Assembly: GCF_006345805.1 (NCBI RefSeq)
Contig: NC_043021.1
Coordinates: 11,098,001 to 11,162,000, forward strand
DNA length: 64,000 nt
Reading direction: 5' to 3'
From: Octopus sinensis
Lineage: Eukaryota
In this document: positions 52,591 through 64,000 of the stretch, piece by piece
How positions within the stretch are numbered: the first letter of the stretch is position 1
How the letters are laid out: the number at the start of each line of letters is the position of its first letter
The notes under the pieces: model-generated
Databases searched by the model: none
The model's input: only the letters and a program-made list of their open reading frames with translations
What the model was told of the DNA's origin: nothing
Position numbers and translations under genes: made by a program

Positions 52591-54087
52591 TCAACTAACG
52601 GCTCCAGGTTTCTATCATGGCGCGGAGTTCAGAATACTTTTTCTGTTCCTCAAAGTCGCAAAGAAAATTAATATAACGGTATATATATCTATATATTACT
52701 CCATTCTATACACACTAACTGTTTTTAAGGGCTTTCCTTTTTTCGCATACGTGTCAGCAAGCAATCAACACACGTCTCTCTCTGTTTTTCTCCCTCTGTG
52801 TATAATTGTGTATTAACATACATATGACACCCGCATGTCTGTCTTTATACAAATATATACGTTTTGCATGTATGTAAATATTATAAACATATGTTTACAT
52901 TATACTATCGTCTTATTGTTTGACCATAATGCTCTTCGTGTCGCCGGAGGTGACACCTCTGCTTTTGTCTTAGAATTTTCTGTAAAATATTATTTCATAT
53001 TAAAAAAAAAAAAACCTAACATATTTTCATATTTCTGAGTCTTTTCACACACAGACACACGAAATGTTCTGTAGTCAAGAAGTTCACTTCATGCATAGAT
53101 AGTTCCGTGTTCGATCGGGGTCTACTGCACACGGCACCAGCTGTAATTCTGCTAGTCTCGGGTTGACCACCAACGCCCTATGAGGATGGAACTTGGTAGA
53201 AAGGGTCACTTAACCGATGTGTGTGTGTGTATATATATATATATATGTATATTTACACTCTCTTTTACTTGTTTCGATCATTTGACTGCGGCCATGCTGG
53301 AGCACCGCCTTTAGTCGAGCAAATCGACCCCAGGATTTATTCTTTGTAAGCCTAGTACTTATTCTATCGGTCTCTTTTTGCCGAACCGCTAGGTTACGGG
53401 GACGTAAACATAGCACCATCGGTTGTCAAGCGATATTGGGGGAACAAACACAGACACACACACACACACACATACACAAATACGATGGGCTTCTTTCAGT
53501 TTCCGTCTACCAAATCCACTCACAAGGCTTTGGTTGACCCGAGGCTATAGTAGAAGACACTTGCCCAAGGTGCCACGCAGTGGGACTGAACCCGGAACCA
53601 TGTGGTTGGTTAGCAAGCTACTTACCACACAGCCACTCCATATATATTCTTTTACATGTTTGTCATTTGACTGCAGCCATGCTGCGGCACCACCTCGAAG
53701 GGCTTTGTTAGTCGAACAAATCGACCTCAAGACTTATTTCATAAGCCTTCTACTTATCATATCGGTCTGTTTTACCGAACCGCTTACTTACGGGACGTAA
53801 ACACACCAACACCGGTCGACAAGCGGTGATAGGGAGCGGGTCGGGGGAATGGCGAAAGTAAAGAATACAGACACCCAGGATTAAGATTAGGGTTAAAACG
53901 GGTGGTGTGCGTATACTTTGCCTCTGCCTGGGAGACTGGGCTTTAGTTTTACCAAATCCACTCACAAGGCTTTGGTTGGCCCTCAAGGTGCCACGCATTG
54001 GGAATGAACCCGGAACCATGTTGTTGGTAAGCTAGCTACTTACCACACACACAGGACGCCATGATAGATCGTTAGCTCCTACACACA

Positions 54088-54264
54088 TTTTTTTCTGTCC
54101 TTGTTACTCTCCTTGTTTTTTTTCTGTCCTTGTTACTCTCCTTGTTTTTTTCTGTCCTTGTTACTCTCCTTGTTTTTTTCTGTCCTTGTTACTCTCCTTG
54201 TTTTTTTCTGTCCTTGTTACTCTCCTTGTTTTTTTCTGTCCTTGTTACTCTCCTTGTTTTTTTT
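54088..54264 (+). repeat. 6 x ~29-bp tandem repeat CTGTCCTTGTTACTCTCCTTGTTTTTTT
   Basis: Units at 54095, 54124, 54152, 54180, 54208, 54237; resembles the segment upstream of the hammerhead in the 17770-17815 copy. Confidence 0.9.
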
Positions 54265-54406
54265 CTGTGTATCTTTCTGTCGAAGAGCGTAGGCTCGAAA
54301 TGTAAAAAGACTTGTTCTATTTCTATTCCTGAGCACCATACTGATACATTTGTTTGTTTGTACTCCACCTGCCTTCGTCTTTTGTTTATTTTCGTAAACC
54401 TTCCCG

Positions 54407-54437
<31 letters not shown>
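54262..54437 (+). mobile_element. Same family, variant hammerhead (CTGTCGA core, 54272-54310), ending at (TA)n
   Basis: Sequence shared with 17620-17815; stem III shows a CpG-type C>T change (GAAATGT). Confidence 0.55.
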
Positions 54438-54438
<1 letters not shown>

Positions 54439-54591
54439 GCGAGAAAGAAGCAACAAGAATGGATAGGTTTTTAGTACGATCGTTTCATACAAGGACAGGT
54501 TTTATTAAAAGTTGCAAACTTTTAATAAAACCTGTCCTTGTATGAAACGATCGTACTAAAAACCTATCCATTCTTGTTGCTTCTTTCTCGC
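54439..54591. repeat. Perfect palindrome, 75-bp arms, 3-nt loop (GCA)
   Basis: Arms 54439-54513 and 54517-54591 checked base by base; starts immediately after (TA)n. Confidence 0.95.
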
Positions 54592-54707
54592 TTATAATCA
54601 CCCCACATTACTGTATTGTTAAATCAGTATAGTTTCTTTTGGTGCATCTAAGTTAGGTACCATATTCAAGTAAATTTTTTTAAATTAACTTGAATCTTTA
54701 TTGCTCT

Positions 54708-54742
<35 letters not shown>

Positions 54743-54808
54743 GGTCCCGGGTTGATTCGGGGTTAACCACAGTAAATAAGGTACTCAATACATAGCAGAG
54801 TAAAATTA

Positions 54809-54939
54809 ATTTATTATATAGAAGGAGCTTCTACAGGACTAGAACTGTTTCATTCAAGAGAAATCTTCAGGAAGCTCCTGAAGATTTCTCTTGAATGAAA
54901 CAGTTCTAGTCCTGTAGAAGCTCCTTCTATATAATAAAT
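54809..54939. repeat. Perfect palindrome, 64-bp arms, 3-nt loop (AGC), containing the hammerhead motif
   Basis: Arms 54809-54872 and 54876-54939 checked base by base; followed by (TA)n. Confidence 0.95.
54826..54876 (-). ncRNA. Type-I hammerhead ribozyme motif, intact core, predicted cleavage after GUA at 54832
   Basis: AGCTTC-CTGAAGA-TTTCTCTTGAAT-GAAA-CAG-TTCTAGTC-CTG-TA-GAAGCT: 6-bp stem I, 4-bp stem III, weak stem II; mirrored copy on + at ~54873-54922. Confidence 0.6.
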
Positions 54940-55169
54940 ATATATATATATATATATATAATATCTGCTTGTGTTTACTCCGTGTACTTTTATGTTGTAA
55001 AACCTTGCAGTTCAACAAATAGTTTCTGATAAAATAGGTCTTGCCATAGGTGGAAAGACTTCCGCCAGTCCCCGCCCATTTTCTCCCAAATCTTTTTATT
55101 TTTGTAATTTTTTTTTTTGCCGAAAGTCCCCTTTTTCGGATACTAGTTATGTTTAATAGAAAATAACTA

Positions 55170-56060
55170 AAGTTTTAACATCATCTCCTTCAAAATAGTC
55201 ATCTTGCACAGCTGTACACCAGACCCAGTGTTCCTGCCACTTTTGGAATCTGGTCTGGCAGTTGTTTTCTGTAAGCGAGTCGAGGACCTTCTGCAAAATC
55301 CGCTCTGGATCTTGACAACAGTGTTAAAAGGGCCACCTTTGAGCTGCTTTTTCATCTTGGAGATGAGATGGAAGTCCACAGGTGTTGAATCTGGCGAATA
55401 GGGCAGGTGCAGAAGTGATGCTATGCTGGTTTTGGTGAGAAACTCACGAGTGAGGAGAGGCTGGTTAAGAATTGAATTCTTCGTGCTCCTCAGATCCTAT
55501 TGCTTTCGCCAAATGTCCTCCCTCAAACACTTTAAAACATCACAGTGGAACTCTTGATTGATTGCCTAGGCCTAGGGGACGAATTCTTGATGCATAATAC
55601 CTATTTCTTTACTATCCACAGGGGGCTAAACATAGAGGACAAACAAGGACAGACAGACGGATTAAGTCGATTATATCGACCCCAGTGCGTAACTGGTACT
55701 TAATTAATTGACCCCGAAAGGATGAAAGGCAAAGTCGACCTCGGCGGAATTTGAACTCAGAACGTAACGGCAGACGAAATACGGCTACGCATTTCACCCC
55801 GGCGTGCTAACGATTCTGCCTTGATGCATAACACCACATTTCCGGTGGTGATGTTCATGGCAAGCCTTCCAGATCACTCCTCATCTTCCGGGTATGTTCT
55901 TCCGGGTTTGAAGTGCCTGTACCACTTGAGACATTGTGTACAACCCGTTGCCCTGTCGCCATAAGCTTGCTGAAACATGCTCAATGTCTCTGTAGCAGAC
56001 TTCCCAAGTTTAATGCAAAATTTCACATTGCCTCCATATTCCCGTCCATGACAAAATCAC
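55170..56060 (-). pseudogene. Decayed, internally deleted mariner (DD34D-type) transposase
   Basis: N-terminal KFCIKLGKSATETLSMFQQAYGD..KWYRHFK..EDEE*SGR; EFVP..INQEFHCDVLKCLREDI; LPYSPDSTPVDFHLISKMK; KWQEHWVWC..DYFEGD; stops and frameshifts; split by a SINE. Confidence 0.85.
55598..55819 (-). mobile_element. SINE family B copy inserted in the mariner relic
   Basis: 12-bp TSD cttgatgcataa at 55586-55597 and 55820-55831. Confidence 0.9.
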
Positions 56061-57240
56061 AGACTACAGCACACGGATGATCTCATCATCATCATCATTG
56101 TTTAACATCCATTTTCCATGCTGGCATGGGTTGGATGGTTTGACTGAGGTCAGGAAAGCCAGCGGCTGCACCAATCTGACCTGACGATGTTTCTACAGCT
56201 GGATGCCCTTCCTAATGCTAACCACTCCAAGAGTGTACTGGGTGCTTTTTACGTGCCACCGGCACAGGAGCCAGTCAGGCGGGCCTGGCATCGATCACGT
56301 TCGGATGGTGCTTTTTATGTGCCACTGGCACAAGAGCCAGTCAGCAGGTACTGGCTTCAGCCACGATCGGTTGGTGCTTTTTACATGCCACCGGCACGGG
56401 AGCCAGTCAGGCGGGCCTGGCATTGAACACGTTCAGATGGTGCTTTTTACATGCCATTGGCACGGGAGCCAGTCAGTGGGTACTGGCCCCAGCTACGATA
56501 TTGGTTTTACTTGACTCAGCAGGTCTTCTCAAGCATATCATATCGCCCAATGCATCAGGGGTATTCTTAACAGGGACCACAACTTGTGGAATAAACGCGG
56601 CAATGTCACTCAGCACACTACCCCATGAAGGTCACTGCTAGCTCTCACTGCACATGCAACCATGTACTGCCATCTGTTGGCACGCTACAGAACTAGTCTG
56701 GGAATGTCTTGATACCACCTCGTACATAGGATCCCTATTTTCATGCAAGGGTAGATGAGAGTAGCTGGGAGGGAGATGAAGATGTTGGTGATGGGGCACC
56801 AGAGTGTACTCACAAGATACAAGAAGGCAGGTTTCAGTCATTAGACCTTGGCCATGCTGGGGCACCACCTTGAAGGATTTTTAATCAAACAAATTGACCA
56901 CAGTACTTATGGTTTTGTTTTTCTTTAAGACCTGGTACTTATTCTATCTGTTTTGCAAAACTGCTGAGTTACAAGGATGTGCAACGTTTATGCGAAGTGA
57001 GGTGACGAGAATGGCTTCTTAGCACATCACATGGTTGATACAATAAATATAAAAAGAATAATGCATATAGGCGTAGGAGTGGCTGTGTGGTAAGTAGCTT
57101 GCTTACCAACCACATGGTTTTTGGTTCAGTCCCACTGCGTGGAACCTTGGGCAAGTGTCTTCTACTATAGCCTCAGGTCGACCAAAGCCTTGTGAGTGGA
57201 TTTGGTAGACAGAAACTGAAAGAAGCCCGTCGTATATATG

Positions 57241-57275
<35 letters not shown>

Positions 57276-58168
57276 GTGTGTGTCACACCATATATGTGTA
57301 TGTATGTATATATATGTATGTGTGTGTCACACCATATATGTGTATGTATATATATGTATGTGTGTGTCACACCAACATCGCTTGACAACCGATGCTGGTG
57401 TGTTTATGTCCCTGTAACTTAGCTGTTCGGCAAAGGAGACCGATAGAATAAGTACTAGGCTTACAGAGAATAAGTCCTGGGGTCGATTTACTCGACTGAA
57501 GGTGGTTGCTCCAGCATGGCCACAGTCAAATGACTGATACAAGTAAAAGAGTAAAAGAGAGACACAACCGGGTAGAATGTTTAAGAGAAGATTTACTGAC
57601 AGGTTAACATGTGTGACTGTGCGCGACATGTATACAGAATAATAGACAGGCTGTCTTGAGAACAAAGTGTATGTGTGTGAGTATAGGCTTGGATGTATGC
57701 GTGTGCGTTAAGTACGGAGCATTGAAAGAGTCTATAATGCGAAGTTAGAAGAATGTTCATAGACACAAGAATGAGAATACCAGTTTGTAGTCAATTGTAC
57801 ACGGTAGTTGAAGTACTGTATCAAGAAGTTGCAGCGATGATGCAGAGCCAGTTGCGGTACATGTCGTATGTGAAGTTGTGGCTGTAATGCTGCTGCTGGG
57901 TCACTTGGTCCAGGAGTTCTCGCAGGTTGTATATTCGCTGTTGATCCATGGTGAAGTAATTCACAAACAGTGCTGTATTGAAACCTGGGTGAGTATGTAG
58001 AGAGATGTTGATGTTAGGATGAATGGTGGCGACGGAGATGGGGGTCGCCGAATGCTGCTGGCTTAAGTTGATGAGTCTCCACGTGGCTGGTGTTGTGTTG
58101 TCGCTGGAACTGGCGGTGTCTTCTGTGTTCAGTGGCCAGACCTTAAAAGAGACGATGAGAAGCTGGAA

Positions 58169-58306
58169 TTTTTATAAGAAGTTGTAGGCTCAAAGCTGGG
58201 TAGAAAACAAGCTGTTGCACGTGACCTTATTTGAAGGCTGTGATTGGTTGGGTTGCATATTGGTGCACGAAAGAGCAAGAGACAAATCGTGCCAATACCA
58301 ACCAAT
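58169..58306 (-). promoter_or_regulatory. Pol II promoter-like cluster: 4 CCAAT boxes (58243, 58259, 58292, 58302), E-box CACGTG (58218), TATAAAA (58169-58176)
   Basis: Motifs read directly; order and spacing fit a leftward TSS near 58143. Confidence 0.45.
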
Positions 58307-58371
58307 CAGAGTAGTTTACACAACGGGGTCCAAAATGCGGCCAAAGGTTAGCTGTTATCTACCACGTTCAT

Positions 58372-59400
58372 ATCATCATCATCATCATCATCGTTTAACG
58401 TCCGTTCTCCATGCTAGCATGGGTTGGACGGTTCGACCGGGGATCTGGGAAGCCAGAAGGCTGCACCAGGCTCCAGTCTTATCTGGCAATGTTTCTACAG
58501 CTGGATGCCCTTCCTAACGCCAACCACTCCGTGAGTGTAGTGGGTGCTTTTTACGTGCCACCTGCACAGGTGCCAGGCGAGGCTGGCAACGGCCACGGTC
58601 GGATTGGTGTACTTTTATGTGCCACCGGCACGGAAGCCAGTCGAGGCGGTGCTGGCATCGGCCACGAGTCGGATAGTGCTTTTTACGTACCACCAGACCA
58701 GGGATCCTGGCTGGTTCAAATCGATTTCGATTTCCCCAACATGTCTTCGCAAGCAAAGGGGGTTGGCATGGGTGCCTGTCGTACGGTCGGATTGGTGTAT
58801 TTTACGTGTCACCGGCACGGAAGCCAGTGGAGGCGGCGTTGGCATCGGCCACGAGTCAGACAGTGCTTTTTACGTACCACCAGACCAGGGATCCTGGCTG
58901 GTTCAATTCGATTTCGCTTTCGCTTGCCCCAACATGTCTTCGCAAGCAAAGGGGGTTGGCATGGGTGCCTGTCGTCGGATGAGGTTCTATATCGACTTCG
59001 CTTGCCTCAACAGGTCTTTGTGTCCAAGGGAGGAAAGGCATTCATAAGTGGGCTGGGCTCACTTGTCCTGCCTGGTCTTCTCACGTACAGAATATTTCCA
59101 AAGGTCTCGGTCGCTGGTCATTTCCTCAGTGAGGCCTAAAGTTTGAAGGTCGTGCTTCACCACCTCGTCCCAGGTTTTCCTGGGTCTACCTCTTCCACGG
59201 GTTCCCTCAACTGCTAGGGATTGGCACTTTCTCACACACCTATCTTCATCCATTCTCGCCACATGACCATACCAGCGCAATCGTCTCTCTTGCACACCAC
59301 AACTGATGCTTCTTAGGTACAACATTTCTCTCAAGGTGCTAACGCTCTGTCGAGTATGTACACTGACATTACACATCCATCGGAGCATACTGTATGTATA
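58372..59400 (-). mobile_element. RTE-clade LINE 3' fragment: ORF2 C-terminus, ~690-bp 3' UTR and (GAT)n tail
   Basis: ERRLRWYGHVARMDEDRCVRKCQSLAVEGTRGRGRPRKTWDEVVKHDL is the typical RTE C-terminus. Confidence 0.9.
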
Positions 59401-60629
59401 TATAATAGAGAGGAGAGGAAATTCACTCAAGTGTACGCTACAGATGTAAGCAAGCCAACACCAGTTGTCAAATTGTGGTCTACAAAGTCACACACACACA
59501 CACACACGATGGGCTTCTTTCAGTTTCTTATTTCTTCATTGCCCACAAGGGGATATACACTGATGGGACAAACAAGGACAGACAAGCGGATTAAGTCAAT
59601 TATATCGACCCCAGTGCGTAACTGGTCCTTATTTAATCAACCCCGAAAGGATGAAAGGCAAAGTCAACCTCGGCAGAATTTGAACTCAGAACATGGCAGA
59701 CGAAATACCGCTGAGCATTTCTTATTTCTTTATTACCCACAAGGGGCTAAACACAGAGGAGACAAACAAGGACAGACAAATGGATTAAGTCGATTACATC
59801 GACCCCAATGTGTAACTGGTACTTAATTTATCGACCCCGAATGGATGAAAGGCAAAGTCAACCTCAGCGGAATTTGAACTCAGAACGTAACGGCAGACGA
59901 AATACTGCTAAGCATGCTAATGTTTCTGCCAGCTCGCCACCTCCTTTCAGTATCTGCCTACCATATTCATTCACAAGGCTTTAGTTGGCCCATGGTTATT
60001 GCAGAAGACAGTCTCCCAAGGTGCCATGTAGTAGGACTGACCCTGAAACTCTGTGGTTTGGAAACTAACTTCTTACCACACTGTTGTCCTGCACCTTTGT
60101 CAATTTTACTCACTAGAAATGCAGATCAGAATAACAATGATGGGCTTCTTTTAGTTTCCGTCTACCAAATCCACTCACAAGGCTTTGGTTGGCTTAGGGC
60201 TATAGTAGAAGACAGTTTCCTAAGGTGCCATGCAATGGGACTGAACCTGTAATCATGTGGTTGAGAAGCTGACTTCTTACCACACAACCATGCTCAAATC
60301 CAGGATCAGTCAATTGACCCACGAGCAGTAAGTTGACCCATGTGAAGTAAATTTACCTGCTAGAGGTTAAATTTACCTCCAATTTGAGAACCTCTGTTCC
60401 ACATTATTTTATATATTTCCAGTTACTCTATTATCCCACTTTACCATTTTCTAAAGAGCAATTATATTGCTGTCCATTAACGATTTAGCATTCAGCTTAC
60501 TTTGTCAGATTAAAAGCTTATTCTTAGACATTGTTTTGAATTAATCACATGCTGTCTTGTAGCTTCAACATTCTAATTATGCGATTGTTTATTTTTAGAA
60601 TGTCACTGTTAGGTAGGTGTGACCTATGC

Positions 60630-61390
60630 CAATGGTCACATCTTCCTGAGTCTACCTCTTCCACAGCTTCCATCAACTGCTAGGGTGTGGCACTTTTTAA
60701 CACAGCTATCCTCATCCATTCTCACCACATGACCATACAAGTGCAGTCGTCTCTCTTGCACACCACGTCTGATGCTTCTTCTGTCCAACTTTTCTCTCAA
60801 GGCACTTACACTCTGTCGAGTATGCACACTGACATTATACATCCATTGGAGCATACTGGCCTCATTCCTTGCGAGCTTACACATCTCCTCAGCAGTCACA
60901 GACCATGTTTCACTACTATGTAGCATGGCTGTTCGTACACATGCATCATACAGTCTACCTTTTACCTCAAGGCGGCGAGCTGGCAGAACCGTTAGCACAC
61001 TGGGCGAAATGCGTAGCTGTATTTCGTCTGCCGTTATGTTTGGAGTTCAAATTCCGCCGAGGTCGACTTTGCCTTTCATCCTTTCGGGGTCGATAAATTA
61101 AGTACCAGTTATGCACTGGGGTCGATGTAATCGACTTAATTCGTTTGTCTGTTCTTGTTTGTCCCCTCTATGTTTAGCCCCTTGTGGGTAATAAAGAAAC
61201 ACATACAGTCTACCTGTTACTCTGAGTGAGAGACCCTTTGTCACCAGCAGAGTTAGGAGCTCACTAAACTTTGCCCAGGCTATTATTATTCTAGCAGCTA
61301 CACTTTCAGAGCACCCACCCCAGCTACTGACTTGATCACCTATGTAACGGAAGCTATCAACTACTTCTAGATTTTCTCCCTAGAATGTGG
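60630..61390 (-). mobile_element. RTE-clade LINE ORF2 fragment interrupted by a SINE (60971-61200)
   Basis: LEVVDSFRYIGDQ..AARIIIAWAKFSELL..GRLYDACVRTAMLHSSETW..RRLHLYGHVVRM; duplicated target catacagtctacct flanks the SINE. Confidence 0.85.
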
Positions 61391-62532
61391 CAGAAGTTGT
61401 TGTTTTCAGTGTTTATTGCTCCTGAGCATCTGCCTCATACAAAAACTATCTTTCCCAGTTAGCCTTCCTTTGCTATTGCTGCACCTCTTATGTGTCCATA
61501 GCTTACACTGGGTACATCTTAGCAGTGACGTGTTGCAATGGCGCATGCCTCCATACCTGACCTGGCACAGGTAAGTGTTGGCAGCAGGAAGGGCATCCAG
61601 TCTTAGAAAGATCTGCTTCAACGAATTCCGTCTGACCTATACAAGCATGAAAAAGTGAATATTAAATAGATGATGTGTGTGTGTGTGTGTATGCATGTAT
61701 CTGTGTGTTTATGTGCGCACATATGTGTATGCCTGTGTAGTTTGAGGGAGATTTGGTTGCTATTTCTAGCAGGCTCAGTACCACATTTAATTTCCCTTTC
61801 TAGCTCTATAAGAAATACATACTCTCAGCCATTGGTCAGCTGGTGTCATGTGACTTGGTGGATCTGATTTAACATGGATATGCATTTAGCTTTGTTGTTT
61901 AACCCTAGGTCAACCCTGATCAAGCAGCCCTATGATTAAAGGCATTCCATCCATGCCCAACACTACTATCTTTTTGCCTGTAGTATAACTAAGACTGCTG
62001 ATTTGTGTGTCTTTCCTTTCTCAAGACATTAAGATATTATTTGAGAGTAGTTTGGCTGCTATTTCTGTCAGGTGATGTGGCTTTTTTTTTTATCAGTCAT
62101 ATTGCTGAGTCACCTGTACATGTCACCTGCCTGATTGTGTTACCTGTCCTAAAGGTAAGATATTTGTATTCTTAACCTTTATCCCACAAACAGGTGATTA
62201 AAACTTTATGAGTTACTGAAGGTGTTTCTGTGTGGTTGCTTGAGGTCTAGAAATAGCAGCTGAGTCTCCCTGAAATCACACCTTCCTGCAGTAATTCACC
62301 CCTTATCTTGTACATGTTTCAGTCATTAGACTGTGGCCATGCTGGGGCACTGCTTTGAATTTATAGACGAATGTATTGATGCCAGTAATTTATTTTTTTA
62401 AGCCGGGTGCTTATTCTATTGATCACTTTTGCCGAACTGCTATGTTACGGAGGGGGTGGGACATGAACACACCAACACCCGTTGTCAAGTGGTGGAGCGG
62501 TGGGGACAAACACAGACACACATACATAGACA

Positions 62533-62913
62533 TCTCTCTCTATATAAACGGCAGTTTGTCTGTGCGTTTTCTGTGTGTCTGTTTGCTTGTACCCTCACCC
62601 TGACCACGGCTTTCAACCGATTCTGATGAAACTTGACACACACATAGCCCAATGTCATAATTCAAAACTAACGCAGCGAAAATTTTGAAAAGTTCCCCCA
62701 GTTCTGAAAAAAATTGATAAATTCGACATGGGGTCGAGAATCAGAAACACAAACCGCAAACTGTCTAGGGGACGCAACTCCACCTTTTTTAACTAAAAAA
62801 AAAGTTACCATCATTTTTTTCCATTTTTTTGCTATTTTTTGGCTATAACTCTCTAAAAATGCTTTATAGTTATTTCCCTTACAAACGTGAGCAACGCCGG
62901 GCGATACTGCTAG
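62533..62913 (+). mobile_element. Non-autonomous Helitron, 381 bp, near-identical to 39450-39820
   Basis: A|TC...CTAG|T, same internal sequence. Confidence 0.9.
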
Positions 62914-64000
62914 TACATACATATATATAAAGACACTGCTTGCGAAGACCTGTTGAGGCAAGTGAAATCGAAATCAAATTCGATGACTGGCATCCGCACT
63001 AGTGGAGCATGATCGTTGCCAGAGCGGCTAACTGGCGTTTGTGCCGGTGGCATGTAAAAAGCACCATTCGAGCGTGATCGTCACTAGCATTACCTTACTG
63101 GCACTTGTGCCGGGATGCAGGTAACATGTAAAATAAAAAAAAAAAACGATTTTTTTTGTGGTCGTTGCCAGTACCACCTGACTGGCACGTAAAAGCACCC
63201 ACTACACTCTCGGAGTGGTTGGTGTTAGGAAGGGCATCCAGCTGTAGAAACTCAGCCAGATCAAGATTGGAGCCTGGTGCAGCCATCTGGTTCGCCAGTC
63301 TTCAGTCAAATTGTCCAACCCATGCCAGCATGGAAAGCGGATGTTAAACGATGACGATGATGATGATGATACGAAGGGTGTATGATAAGTCTTGAACTTC
63401 AAAAAAACAAAACATGGTACAAGACTTCTGATGAAGGTACAAGCCTGTAGGCTTATTGAAAATAATTATGAGCCACAGAAGCAGTTTTAATACCAGAAGG
63501 TAATATTTGGCCCCATTTAAAAGTGGATGTTGTCCTAGAACACAATACTGCAGTAGTTAACTCTAAGAGGACCTTTGATATGGGCTTTCGGTGCATATAA
63601 GCAATCTTGTTTATCTGTGTTATATCAATAAATAGTCATTCTGGAATTCAGTGTGCACACTCAAACACTTCCTCACTTACTCTCTCTGTCTGTCTGTCTC
63701 TCTCTGTCTCTGTCTGTCTCTCTCTCATACACTCATGCGTTTGCTCAGTTTCTCTCACATACATTCACTCTCTCTCTCTCTCCCTCTCCTCTTTCTCCCT
63801 GCCCCTCTCAGATTCAGTGTGTACGGACACACATGCAGAAATACTCTCAAATTCAGTGCTTGTACACATGCACATGTATGACACATGCACAGCACACACA
63901 TCTTTTGAATTAGGTAGGCACTCATCTTTTGAATTAGGTAGGCACAAACACACACACACAGTCTCTTAAATTCCATGTGCTTGCACACACATGCACACAC

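Noticed and set aside
63900-63950. 25-bp direct duplication CATCTTTTGAATTAGGTAGGCAC
   Set aside because: Two copies in a CA-rich context; ordinary slippage.

Overview
Animal genomic DNA, very AT-, microsatellite- and SINE-rich. The repeat complement (tRNA-derived SINEs, RTE LINE 3' ends with (GAT)n tails, dense TA/CA/GATA arrays) points to an octopod cephalopod. This is recognition, not a database hit. One protein-coding gene is well supported: a MAPKAPK5 (MK5/PRAK) orthologue on the minus strand. I reconstructed nine consecutive exons by hand (14178 down to 171, all GT-AG, phases compatible, 1055 nt), plus a candidate 21-nt first coding exon at 19723-19743. The 3' end of the gene lies outside the window. 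Nearly all other listed ORFs are artefacts of simple repeats or transposon remnants. The rest is a layered mobile-element landscape: three SINE families, RTE and R4-type LINE relics, a decayed mariner, piggyBac-, hAT-, pogo- and Merlin-like MITEs, Helitrons and a Helentron-like element. Four observations stand out. (1) A dispersed set of short fold-back elements next to (TA)n carries type-I hammerhead-ribozyme motifs. Two have intact cores, one family consistently lacks the normally invariant A6, and one sits in a perfect long palindrome. (2) An inverted duplication at the putative MK5 promoter has a perfect CDE-CHR (DREAM-type) motif in each arm, with an intact hammerhead ~500 bp down the divergent direction. 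(3) An orphan 4xCCAAT+TATA promoter precedes a 42-aa ORF. (4) There are unexplained single-copy, exon-like segments at 29.6-31.3 kb and 43.6 kb. Coordinates were counted by hand. Exon and TIR/TSD boundaries were checked base by base; SINE/LINE and microsatellite boundaries are approximate. No searches or folding programs were run.
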